DNA of 54,733 bases from an uncultured Actinomycetes bacterium (GTDB taxonomy: Bacteria > Actinomycetota > Actinomycetes > S36-B12), in assembly GCA_913057155.1 (NCBI GenBank), contig CAJXNV010000002.1, forward strand, positions 1 to 54,733. Reading direction: 5' to 3'. Made by a program: the position numbers and the translations under genes. Positions within the stretch are counted from its first letter, which is position 1. The number at the start of each line of letters is the position of its first letter. The notes under the pieces were generated by a model. That model was not told the DNA's origin and did no database searches. It worked only from the letters and a program-made list of their open reading frames with translations. Below are positions 1 to 7,984 of this stretch, piece after piece.

Positions 1-4
1 AGGT

Positions 5-10
5 TAGGCT
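5..10 (+). promoter_or_regulatory. putative -10 element (TAGGCT) of a leaderless transcript
   Basis: The TANNNT hexamer ends exactly 6 nt before the GTG at 17, with no SD in between. The same geometry recurs at seven other operon-first genes in this window. Confidence 0.3.
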
Positions 11-16
11 CGAGGG

Positions 17-622
17 GTGACTTCCAGCCCCACGCACTGGGATCAGTCCTTCTCCGGGGATCACACCGCCCGTGGTTGGTACCAACCCAGTGCCGATCCG
101 AGCTGGCGCTTGATCGGTGACCTCTCGCCGTCGGTTCCGGCGATCGACATCGGTGCGGGTGCGTCCGTGTGGGTCGATGAGGCGCTGGACCGCGGCTGGA
201 GCGATCTGACGGTGCTGGACTGGTCGCCGGTGGCGCTGGAGATCTCCCGAACGCGGCTCGGGCCCCGGGCCGGTTCGGTGTCGTGGGTTCAGGCGGACCT
301 GCTGTCCTGGACTCCCCCGCGCGCCTTCGACCTTTGGCACGACCGGGCCGTCCTGCATTTCCTGCGCGAGGACGACGATCGACTCCGTTACGGGTCGGTC
401 CTGCGGGCTGCTACGCGGCGTGGATCCGTCGTCGTTATCGGTTCTTTCGGCCCAACCGGACCCGAGATGTGCGCCGGGTTGCCCGTCCGCCGGCAAAGTG
501 TGGCCGACTTCGAGGGTCTGTTCGGTAAGGATTTCACGATCGAACGAACGTTCGAGGAAGCGCACGTCCGCCCGGATGGAGACACCCAGGACTACCTGTG
601 GGTGCGAGCCGTCCGTGTCTGA
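17..622 (+). CDS. class I SAM-dependent methyltransferase
   Basis: 201-aa ORF with a motif I-like segment AIDIGAGASVWVDEAL, then LTVLDWS and FDLWHDRAVLHFL, as in small-molecule methyltransferases. GTG start. An in-frame TAG at 5-7 excludes a longer N-terminus. Confidence 0.75.
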   Translation: MTSSPTHWDQSFSGDHTARGWYQPSADPSWRLIGDLSPSVPAIDIGAGASVWVDEALDRGWSDLTVLDWSPVALEISRTRLGPRAGSVSWVQADLLSWTPPRAFDLWHDRAVLHFLREDDDRLRYGSVLRAATRRGSVVVIGSFGPTGPEMCAGLPVRRQSVADFEGLFGKDFTIERTFEEAHVRPDGDTQDYLWVRAVRV

Positions 623-1160
623 CGTTGTGCTGCGCTTGGCCGCCGCGTCCGATGTGCCGATCCTCGAGCGCTGGGATCGGGCCGAGCACGTCATCGCGGT
701 CAGCGGCGATGACGAACCCTGGGACTGGCCACGGGAGATCGATGTGCCGTGGCAGGAGGTGTGGATAGGCGAGGTGGACGACCTGCCCATAGGAGTGGTG
801 GTCGTCTTGGATGCCGCAGCAGAACCCTCGAACTATTGGGGTGATGCTTGTGGGCCGCTCTCCCCCGGCACCTTCGCGATCGATATCTGGATAGGTGAAC
901 CGGAGGCGATCGGTCGGGGCTACGGAACCGCGATGATGAAGCACGCGATCGACCGCGCGTTCGATGCACATGACGCCCACACCATCGTGATCGATCCGCT
1001 AGCGACCAACACTCGCGCCATCGACTTCTATCGCAGTGTCGGTTTCACCGATGTGGGCCCACGTCGGTTCGGTCGAGACGATTGCTTCGTGCTCGAACTA
1101 CGACGTCCGACCGTGGGAGAAAAGCCCGTCCCTGCCCAGGGTGCGGGAAATTCTCGGTGA
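615..1160 (+). CDS. GNAT family N-acetyltransferase (AAC(6')-Ib / siderophore-acyltransferase-like)
   Basis: Track ORF 420..1160 trimmed to the GTG at 615, an 8-nt overlap with the upstream stop. IGRGYGTAMMKHAIDRAF is an acetyl-CoA binding R-x-x-G-x-G/A motif. DPLATNTRAIDFYRSVGF is typical of this GNAT subgroup. Confidence 0.75.
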   Translation: MSDVVLRLAAASDVPILERWDRAEHVIAVSGDDEPWDWPREIDVPWQEVWIGEVDDLPIGVVVVLDAAAEPSNYWGDACGPLSPGTFAIDIWIGEPEAIGRGYGTAMMKHAIDRAFDAHDAHTIVIDPLATNTRAIDFYRSVGFTDVGPRRFGRDDCFVLELRRPTVGEKPVPAQGAGNSR

Positions 1161-1177
1161 ATTTCCCGCACCCTGGG
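1135..1177. terminator. 18-bp perfect inverted repeat between convergent genes (putative bidirectional terminator)
   Basis: CCCAGGGTGCGGGAAATT (1135-1152), a 7-nt loop, then AATTTCCCGCACCCTGGG (1160-1177). The GNAT TGA (1158-1160) sits at the loop/right-arm junction and the gcvP stop is at 1186. An A5 run (T5 on the - strand) follows at 1178-1182. Confidence 0.5.
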
Positions 1178-1185
1178 AAAAACGG

Positions 1186-4062
1186 TTAGGAGGGGGTGGA
1201 GAGGGGTGTGCGGTCGCTTTCGGGGAAGTCACCGGCGAGTTCTTCGGGGCGGGGGCACGAGCACACTAGGTGGCGATCGCCGTAGGCGCCGTCGATCCGG
1301 CGAACCGGCGGCCAGTACTTGCCGTTCTCCATCCCCGGAGCCGGGAACGCGGCGAGCCGCGCCGGGTACGGGTGGTTCCACTCCCCGATCAGGCAATCGG
1401 CGGTGTGCGGCGCGTTGACGAGCGGGTTGTCGTCTGCCGGCCATTGACCTGCGGCGACAGCATCGATCTCGGCCTTGATCGCGATCATCGCGTCGCAGAA
1501 GCGATCGATCTCCGCGAGGGACTCGCTCTCGGTCGGTTCGACCATGAGCGTGCCGGCGACCGGGAAGGACATCGTGGGTGCGTGGAAGCCGTAGTCGATC
1601 AACCGCTTGGCGATGTCCTCCACGCTGATACCCGTCTCCTGGGTGATGGCCCGCACATCGAGGATGCACTCGTGCGCCACGGTTCCGTTCGGCGCGGTGT
1701 ACAGGATCGGGAAGTGATCGTGCAGCCGATGCGCGATGTAGTTCGCCGAGACGATCGCGGTGCTGGTGGCCGCGCGCAGACCTTCATCGCCCATCATCCG
1801 GATGTACATCCACGGGATCGGCAAGATGCCGGCACTCCCCCACGGAGCACCGCTCACCGGGCCTACTCCCCCGTCGGCGAAGCCACGACCGACCGGCCCC
1901 GCTTCGGGCCGCAGCGGATGGCCCGGCAGGTAGGGCGCGAGATGCGCGCGCACTCCGATCGGTCCCACACCCGGTCCCCCACCACCGTGCGGGATGGCGA
2001 AGGTCTTGTGCAGGTTCAGGTGCGAGACGTCGGCCCCGAACTTGCCGGGCTTGGCCAGACCGACCAGCGCGTTGAGGTTGGCGCCGTCGACGTACACCTG
2101 GCCGCCGGCATCGTGGACGAGTCCGCAGATCTCCTGCACCGCTTCCTCGAAGACACCGTGGGTGGAGGGATACGTGATCATCAAGGCAGCGAGGTTGTCC
2201 CCGTGCTCGACGATCTTCGCCTTCAGGTCCGCGACGTCGACATCGCCGATCTCATCGCATGCCACCACCACGACCTTCATCCCGGCCATCACCGCGCTCG
2301 CGGCGTTCGTACCGTGCGCGCTGCTGGGGATCAGACAGATGGTGCGTTGGTCGTCACCGTTCGCGCGGTGGTAGGCACGGATGGCGAGCAGGCCGGCGAA
2401 CTCGCCCTGCGAACCGGCATTCGGTTGCACGCTGACGGCGTCGTAGCCGGTGATGCTGGCCAGCCAGGATTCGAGCTCGTCGATGATCCGCACATACGGC
2501 TCGACCTGATCGGCCGGAGCGAACGGATGGATCTCGGCGAACTGCGGCCACGTGATCGGCGCCATCTCCGCGGCGGCGTTGAGCTTCATGGTGCACGAAC
2601 CCAGCGGGATCATCGTGCGGTCGAGTGCGAGGTCCTTATCGGCTAGCGAGCGCATGTAGCGCATGAGGGATGTTTCGTTGCGGTGCCGATGGAAGACCGG
2701 GTAGTCGAGGATCGCGCCGGAGCGCTGCAACGCCGCCGGGATCATCGGGTCGGTATGCGCGGCGATGTCGAAGCCGAGGACATCGGCGATCCGGGCAGCG
2801 TGCTGCTCGGTCGTCGTCTCATCGACGGTGAAGGAGAAGGTGTCGGCATCGATCAAGCGGATATTGATGCCGGCGTCGCGGGCGCTGCCGACGATGGCTT
2901 CCGCCCTGCCCTCGGCCCGCACGCACACGGTGTCGAACAAGTGATCGTCGATCACCTTCAGCCCGGCCCGCTGGGCACCCGTTGCCAGTCGCGCAGCCAA
3001 CCTGGCCACCCGATCGGCGATGGCGCGCAGACCTTCGGGTCCGTGGTACACCGCATACATCCCCGCCAGCACCGCCAACAGCACCTGGGCGGTGCAGATA
3101 TTGCTCGTGGCCTTCTCGCGACGGATGTGCTGCTCGCGGGTTTGCAGGGCCAGTCGGTAAGCGGTTCGACCGTCGGCATCGACGCTCACCCCCACCAGTC
3201 GGCCGGGAAGCGATCGTTCGAGTCCGCTGCGGACCGCGATGTAGCCGGCGTGCGGACCACCGAATGCCATGGGTACTCCGAAGCGTTGCATCGATCCCAC
3301 CGCGATATCCGCACCGAGTTCACCCGGGGATTCCACCAAGGTCAGCGCCAGCGGATCGGCGTCCATGATCACGAGCGCACCGCGGTTCTTGGCTTCGGCG
3401 ATCAACGCGCGCGGATCGCGGACGGCGCCGGTGGATGCCGGGTAGGCGATCACCACGCCGGACAGTTCCCCCTCCGGCAAGCCGGCCGCCGGATCGAAGT
3501 CCACGACCTCGATGCCCTGCGGTTCGGCGCGGGTGGCGACCACCGCTCGGGTCTGCGGATGCACCCCGATGTCGATCGCCAGGCGTCGCACATTCTTCGG
3601 GCCGTGCTTCACGGCCATCGCCATCGCCTCCGCGACGGCGGTCGGCTCGTCCAGCAGTGAGGCTCCGGCCACGGCCAGGCCCGTCAAGTCCTGCACGAGT
3701 GTCTGGAAGTTCAACAGCGCCTCGAGGCGTCCTTGGGAGATCTCGGGCTGATACGGCGTGTAGGCGGTGTACCAACCGGCGTTCAGCAAGATCCCGCGCT
3801 TGATGGCCTCCGGGATCACGGTGCCGTGATAGCCCAGGCCGATCATCGACACGGGGCGCTCGATGCCCCGGCTGCGTTCGTCGAGTTCGGCCAGGGCCTC
3901 GCTCTCGCCGACAGCCGGTGGGATGTCCATCGGTTCCCCATCGGCGATACCGGCCGGCACTACGGCATCGATGAAGGAGTCCAGGTCCGGGTAACCGAGA
4001 GCAGCGAGCATCCCGGCGAGGTCCGTGGTGGTGGGTGCGATGTGGCGTTCGGCGAAGGACAT
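1186..4062 (-). CDS. gcvP: glycine dehydrogenase (aminomethyl-transferring), glycine cleavage P protein
   Basis: 958-aa single-chain P protein. It carries the conserved PLP-lysine context [30 protein letters not shown] at 4060-4062 is preceded by GGAGAA. A glycine riboswitch lies directly upstream. Confidence 0.97.
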   Translation of the reverse strand: MSFAERHIAPTTTDLAGMLAALGYPDLDSFIDAVVPAGIADGEPMDIPPAVGESEALAELDERSRGIERPVSMIGLGYHGTVIPEAIKRGILLNAGWYTAYTPYQPEISQGRLEALLNFQTLVQDLTGLAVAGASLLDEPTAVAEAMAMAVKHGPKNVRRLAIDIGVHPQTRAVVATRAEPQGIEVVDFDPAAGLPEGELSGVVIAYPASTGAVRDPRALIAEAKNRGALVIMDADPLALTLVESPGELGADIAVGSMQRFGVPMAFGGPHAGYIAVRSGLERSLPGRLVGVSVDADGRTAYRLALQTREQHIRREKATSNICTAQVLLAVLAGMYAVYHGPEGLRAIADRVARLAARLATGAQRAGLKVIDDHLFDTVCVRAEGRAEAIVGSARDAGINIRLIDADTFSFTVDETTTEQHAARIADVLGFDIAAHTDPMIPAALQRSGAILDYPVFHRHRNETSLMRYMRSLADKDLALDRTMIPLGSCTMKLNAAAEMAPITWPQFAEIHPFAPADQVEPYVRIIDELESWLASITGYDAVSVQPNAGSQGEFAGLLAIRAYHRANGDDQRTICLIPSSAHGTNAASAVMAGMKVVVVACDEIGDVDVADLKAKIVEHGDNLAALMITYPSTHGVFEEAVQEICGLVHDAGGQVYVDGANLNALVGLAKPGKFGADVSHLNLHKTFAIPHGGGGPGVGPIGVRAHLAPYLPGHPLRPEAGPVGRGFADGGVGPVSGAPWGSAGILPIPWMYIRMMGDEGLRAATSTAIVSANYIAHRLHDHFPILYTAPNGTVAHECILDVRAITQETGISVEDIAKRLIDYGFHAPTMSFPVAGTLMVEPTESESLAEIDRFCDAMIAIKAEIDAVAAGQWPADDNPLVNAPHTADCLIGEWNHPYPARLAAFPAPGMENGKYWPPVRRIDGAYGDRHLVCSCPRPEELAGDFPESDRTPLSTPS

Positions 4063-4097
4063 TGCTTCTCCTGCGGGTAGGGAACAGTGGCTCCTGC

Positions 4098-4292
4098 TCC
4101 CCCTCTGTTACCCGCGACGAACGCGACCTGAGAGCTTCGATGCGACGAAGCGCATCTTGCACCGTCGGTAGGAACGGATGTTCCTTTTCCAGAGTCGCCC
4201 ACCCTGGGCGGTACCGGCGCCTGAGAGTTTGTCGGGGCTATTGCTCCTTCGGCGGCTGTGACCCTGGCGTGGGCCACCGCACTCTCCCGCTC
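4098..4292 (-). promoter_or_regulatory. tandem glycine riboswitch (two aptamers) in the gcvP leader
   Basis: On the reverse complement, aptamer 1 reads GCGGGAGAGTGCGGTGG...CAGCCGCCGAAGGAGCAATAGCC...AACTCTCAGGCGCCGG. Aptamer 2 reads GACTCTGGAAAAGGAAC...TACCGACGGTGCAAG...GCTCTCAGGTCGC...GGTAACAGAGGG. These match the GGAGAG ... ACCGAAGGGGCAA ... CTCTGGAGAG cores of the glycine riboswitch family. A possible -10 TAGGCT lies at 4312-4317. Confidence 0.8.
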
Positions 4293-4345
4293 GGGGTGTT
4301 CGGCTATCCCTAGCCTAGCCCGAGATGGCCGCTGGAGATGCCGAT

Positions 4346-4975
4346 TCAGCTAACGGCGCGCCTGGCCCGGCGCCTGGCCAGTTCGTCGGTGACGCCCTCG
4401 GGAGCCACCTGATCCCCGGTGGGGTCCTCCGCCGGCAAGGTGGCCAAGGTTCCCTCGACTTCCCGCCAGACGCTGCCGACCGCGATACCGAACACGCCCT
4501 GTCCGCCACGGACTAGGTCGACGACCTCGTCCGCACTGCGGCACTCGTAGATGCTGGCGCCGTCGCTCATCAAGGTGATGCGCGCGAGGTCGTCCTGCTC
4601 CCGGGTAGCGAGGTGATCGACCGCCGCACGGATGTTCTGCAAGGACACCCCGGTGTCGATCAACCGCTTGACGATGCGCAGCACCAGGATGTCGCGGAAA
4701 CTGTAGAGCCGCTGGGAGCCCGAGCCACTGGCCCCGCGCACCGAGGGCACCACCAGGCCGGTGCGTGCCCAGTAGTCGAGCTGACGGTAGGTGATGCCGG
4801 CCGCAGAACAGGCGATCGGGCCGCGGTAGCCGACGTGCGCCGGCAGCGGACGCAGGTCCGCGTCGTCGAACAGGGCCCCTTGCGGATTCGATCCGATCAG
4901 CGACTGGTCGAGTGCGCCGTGGACAGGGTCGTGCACTCCAGCGGACTCCACCGTGGATCCAGGCCTACCGGTCAC
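4346..4975 (-). CDS. MerR family transcriptional regulator (Rv1830-like)
   Basis: wHTH segment ITYRQLDYWARTGLVVPS...GSQRLYSFRDILVLRIVKRLIDTGVSLQNI. GTG at 4975 has the SD GAGGAGGAGGAG a few nt upstream. The position in the gcvP/nuclease/MerR/FHA/gcvH cluster is conserved. Confidence 0.85.
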   Translation of the reverse strand: MTGRPGSTVESAGVHDPVHGALDQSLIGSNPQGALFDDADLRPLPAHVGYRGPIACSAAGITYRQLDYWARTGLVVPSVRGASGSGSQRLYSFRDILVLRIVKRLIDTGVSLQNIRAAVDHLATREQDDLARITLMSDGASIYECRSADEVVDLVRGGQGVFGIAVGSVWREVEGTLATLPAEDPTGDQVAPEGVTDELARRRARRAVS

Positions 4976-5075
4976 GCGCTCCTCCTCCTCGCCACCTCAC
5001 CCTACTGCGTGGGCCTCGTGGCGGGACGAGGTTCGCCGGACCGCTGTGATCCGTCGGGGAAGGCGTGCGATGGGA

Positions 5076-5104
5076 AATCTAGGCACGCGCGTAAGGCGGC
5101 TCAA
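5076..5104 (-). promoter_or_regulatory. putative sigma-A-type promoter for the Rv1830-like MerR gene
   Basis: The - strand reads TTGAGC (5104-5099), 17 nt, TAGATT (5081-5076), about 100 nt upstream of the GTG at 4975. Confidence 0.3.
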
Positions 5105-5154
5105 TGCGACACGCCACGACGACGGCGACCGAAGTCTCAACGTCAACTGAAGGC

Positions 5155-5643
5155 TCAGGAAGCACCCGGGGCGCCGAAGTCCTCCGGTGTCACTTGGTCG
5201 AGGAACTCGCGGAACTTCTCCACCTGGTCCTCTTCCACCGGCTCGGCTTCATCGGGGATCTCGATGCCGGCTTCGTCCAAGACGGCCTCGGCTCCCACGA
5301 TCGGGGTCTCGGCGCGCAGCGCCAAGGCGATGGCGTCCGAGGGACGGGCCTGGACCTCCAACCCGCTTTCGAACACGATGACGGCGTAGAAGACCCCGTC
5401 TTCCAGGGCCGTGATGCGCACCTCGCTCACCGTGGCGTCGAGCGCCTCCAACAGATCGCGCATCAGATCGTGCGTGAGCGGACGAGGTGGAACCACTCCC
5501 TGTTGGGCGTAGGCGATGGCGGTGGCTTCGACGGCCCCCACCCAGATCGGCAGGTAGCGCTCCCCGTCGCTCTCGCGCAGCAAGACGATCGGGGTGTTGG
5601 AGGGCATCTCCATGCGCACGCCTACGACATCCATCGGCACCAT
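5155..5643 (-). CDS. bifunctional nuclease family protein (DUF151, Rv1829-like)
   Basis: 162 aa. N-terminal signature PIVLLRE..GERYLPIWVGAVEATAIAYAQQGVVPPRPLTHDLM is typical of the family. The C-terminal tail is acidic. Confidence 0.85.
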   Translation of the reverse strand: MVPMDVVGVRMEMPSNTPIVLLRESDGERYLPIWVGAVEATAIAYAQQGVVPPRPLTHDLMRDLLEALDATVSEVRITALEDGVFYAVIVFESGLEVQARPSDAIALALRAETPIVGAEAVLDEAGIEIPDEAEPVEEDQVEKFREFLDQVTPEDFGAPGAS

Positions 5644-5705
5644 GTATTCAGGCTATCTGCCCCGATGGGCCGCTGCCCAGCCCGATGATCACGCGTACAG
5701 CGAAA

Positions 5706-6419
5706 TCAGGCCTTCCCGGAACGGATGAGTTCGGCCCGCAGTAGCGCCCCGTGCAATTGGACGAACAACGAGGCGATCTCGCGCACCGCCTCCTGGGTCC
5801 TGGCCCGCGCTTGCCCCTCGCGACCGGAGGCACTGCTGCGTGTGTAGGGAGTGACCATCTGCTCGATCAGCCCGGTCTCACGATCGGCCACGACCCGGAA
5901 GCTGCGCAGGTGCCTGCCCTCGATCCCGAATTCCGAGAGCCGGGCAGCCACGGTGCAGATCGCCACGGCGTCTTCGTCGTAGTGACCCGCCGGGGACACC
6001 CACACCAGGCCGAGTTCTTCCAAGGTCGCAACGTAGGCCTCGTCGAGTTCGGTCTGTTCGGCCAACTCGGCGCGGGTGAGCCGCATCCGCCCGGCGCCCG
6101 GTCGGAAGTCTTCGGCACGCAGTCCCGAACCCGAGGGCGCGGCATTCTCCGCGGGCTTGTCCAGTTGCTCACGGATGACCTTCAACGGCAGGTACTGATC
6201 GCGCTGCATCGTCATGATCTCGCGCAGCCGACGGATGTCCTCGTCGGCGAACCGGCGATAACCACTCGCCGTACGAGCGGGAGTTACCAGTCCCTCGGAT
6301 TCGAGGAATCGGATCTTGCTGATGGTGACGTCCGGGAACTCCCGCTTGAGCACGGTGAGCACTTCACCGATGCTCACCGTTCCGCGGGACGCCGGCTCGG
6401 GCGACTGCCGTGCGCTCAT
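5706..6419 (-). CDS. MerR family transcriptional regulator (FtsR / Rv1828-like)
   Basis: wHTH segment SIGEVLTVLKREFPDVTISKIRFLESEGLVTPARTASGYRRF followed by QRDQYLPLKVIREQLD. The ATG at 6417-6419 overlaps the FHA gene stop (ATGA). Confidence 0.85.
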   Translation of the reverse strand: MSARQSPEPASRGTVSIGEVLTVLKREFPDVTISKIRFLESEGLVTPARTASGYRRFADEDIRRLREIMTMQRDQYLPLKVIREQLDKPAENAAPSGSGLRAEDFRPGAGRMRLTRAELAEQTELDEAYVATLEELGLVWVSPAGHYDEDAVAICTVAARLSEFGIEGRHLRSFRVVADRETGLIEQMVTPYTRSSASGREGQARARTQEAVREIASLFVQLHGALLRAELIRSGKA

Positions 6420-6952
6420 GCTTCCGGCTCGACGCCCACCAGGAATACGAAACGGAACTTGCCGATTTGTACTTCGTCGCCGCCGTCGAGCCGCTGGTCG
6501 TCGACGCGGACGCGGTTGACGTAGGTGCCGTTGAGGGAACCGACGTCCCGCACGCTCCAGCCATCGGCGCCGCGGCGGAATTCCGCGTGCCGTCGGCTCA
6601 CCGTGACATCGTCGAGGAAAACCTCCGACTCCGGGGAGCGACCTACACCGACGACGTCGGCATCGGCTGGAAGCAGGAACTCGCTGCCCTCCGCCGGTCC
6701 CCGATGGACGACCAGCAGGGCCGAACCGGTGGGCAGTTCGCGATGGATGCCGCTTCCGAGTGCTGCGGCCGGGCCGGTGCCGGTGGCCGGACCGGAACCG
6801 GGGATCGCGGTGATGGCTCCCGTCTGGTCGAGTTCCGGCGCACCCTGGGCATCACCCAGCGGCGCACCGCAGGCGGCGCAGAATCGATCCTCGGGGTGCA
6901 CGGGCTTCCCGCACGCAGGACAAGTCATCGGTCCGGTTCCCCTCCTCGACAT
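6416..6952 (-). CDS. FHA domain protein with N-terminal zinc ribbon (positional OdhI/GarA equivalent)
   Basis: The C-terminal FHA core ALLVVHRGP..GSEFLL...VGRSPESEVFLDDVTVSRRHAEF...VRDVGSLNGTYVNR...GDEVQIGKFRFVFL is very close to GarA/OdhI. The N-terminus carries CPACG-x10-CAACG (CxxC...CxxC). An alternative ATG start exists at 6928. Confidence 0.85.
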   Translation of the reverse strand: MSRRGTGPMTCPACGKPVHPEDRFCAACGAPLGDAQGAPELDQTGAITAIPGSGPATGTGPAAALGSGIHRELPTGSALLVVHRGPAEGSEFLLPADADVVGVGRSPESEVFLDDVTVSRRHAEFRRGADGWSVRDVGSLNGTYVNRVRVDDQRLDGGDEVQIGKFRFVFLVGVEPEA

Positions 6953-6972
6953 CGAAACCTGACGACGTCAGC

Positions 6973-7356
6973 CTAGGCCCCTTGGGTCATCGCCTCGTAC
7001 TCACTCGCCGACAGCAAGCCGGCTAGTTGACCCGGATCGGCCATCCGCAGCTTCATCAGCCAACCGGCGGCGTACGGCGCAGTGTTGATGACCTCGGGGT
7101 TGGCATCGAGGTCATCGTTGACCTCCACGATCGTCCCGTCCACGGGTGCGTACAACTCACTGACGCTCTTGGTCGATTCGACTTCACCGCAGGACTGACC
7201 GGCCTGGACGGCATCGCCGACGCTGGGCAGGGATACGAAGACGATGTCGCCGAGTGAATCCTGCGCGTAGTGCGTGATACCCACGGTCACGATGTCGTCG
7301 GGTTCGCTGCGTACCCACTCGTGTTCGCTCGTGTACGCCAACTCACCGGGAATCAT
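6973..7356 (-). CDS. gcvH: glycine cleavage system H protein
   Basis: Lipoyl-lysine motif GEVESTKSVSELYAPVDG; the N-terminus has YTSEHEWV. I prefer the ATG at 7356 (SD GGAAGAAGG upstream, 127 aa). The track start at 7389 is the alternative. Either start overlaps the 3' end of the upstream gene. Confidence 0.92.
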   Translation of the reverse strand: MIPGELAYTSEHEWVRSEPDDIVTVGITHYAQDSLGDIVFVSLPSVGDAVQAGQSCGEVESTKSVSELYAPVDGTIVEVNDDLDANPEVINTAPYAAGWLMKLRMADPGQLAGLLSASEYEAMTQGA

Positions 7357-7984
7357 CGACGCCTTCTTCCTGTTCGCTACGCGGGTCAACTTCGCTGCTC
7401 ACGACCCTAGCCGGTCGCACCATCTCGCGGGCGTAGCGCAGTCCGGCCCACCAGTACAAATAGGTGCCCCACAGTGCGAAGGCCCAACCGAAGGCCGTGA
7501 AGACCGTGCCCCACAGACCCGGCACCGTGCCCAGCAACAGCAACGGGAAACCCCACAGCAAGGCGAAGGTCCCCGCCTTGCCCACGAACGTGACAGGGAC
7601 GGCGATGCGTCCGCTGCGTCGCAGCCACGGCAGCAAGATCACCAGCAGCAGGTCCCTGCCGACAAGTAGGGCCACCAGCCACCAACCGATGACATCCCGA
7701 AGGGCCAGCCCGATCAGCGTGGCCAGGATGTAGAGCCGATCGACGAGAGGATCGAGTAGCTCACCGAGGCGACTTCGCTGATCCAGACGTCGGGCGAGGT
7801 ACCCGTCGAACCAGTCGCTTGCACCGGCGACGACCAACACCACGAAAGCCCAGATATCGGCCTCGCGCACCAGCACCAGCCATAGGAACAGCGGGATCCC
7901 CGCCAGACGCGCCAAGGACAGGATGTTCGGAATCGTCCAGATGCGATCGGGCGAAGCGTCCGTAGTCCGATCCGAAGCGGACAT
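7343..7984 (-). CDS. CDP-alcohol phosphatidyltransferase (PgsA2-like PGP/cardiolipin synthase family)
   Basis: Motif DWFDGYLARRLDQRSRLGELLDPLVDR fits D-x2-DG-x2-AR-x8-G-x3-D-x3-D, and the protein has several TM segments. The track start is TTG at 7987; I prefer the ATG at 7982-7984, which shares one base with the upstream TGA. Confidence 0.85.
   Translation of the reverse strand: MSASDRTTDASPDRIWTIPNILSLARLAGIPLFLWLVLVREADIWAFVVLVVAGASDWFDGYLARRLDQRSRLGELLDPLVDRLYILATLIGLALRDVIGWWLVALLVGRDLLLVILLPWLRRSGRIAVPVTFVGKAGTFALLWGFPLLLLGTVPGLWGTVFTAFGWAFALWGTYLYWWAGLRYAREMVRPARVVSSEVDPRSEQEEGVDDSR

Noticed and set aside
1270-2646. 458-aa + strand ORF (with several other + strand ORFs from 1036 to 4080) antisense to gcvP
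   Set aside because: It lies entirely inside the strongly conserved gcvP coding region. The composition is Arg/Gly/Asp/Val-rich and low in information, with no recognisable motifs. Long open antisense frames are expected in high-GC DNA.
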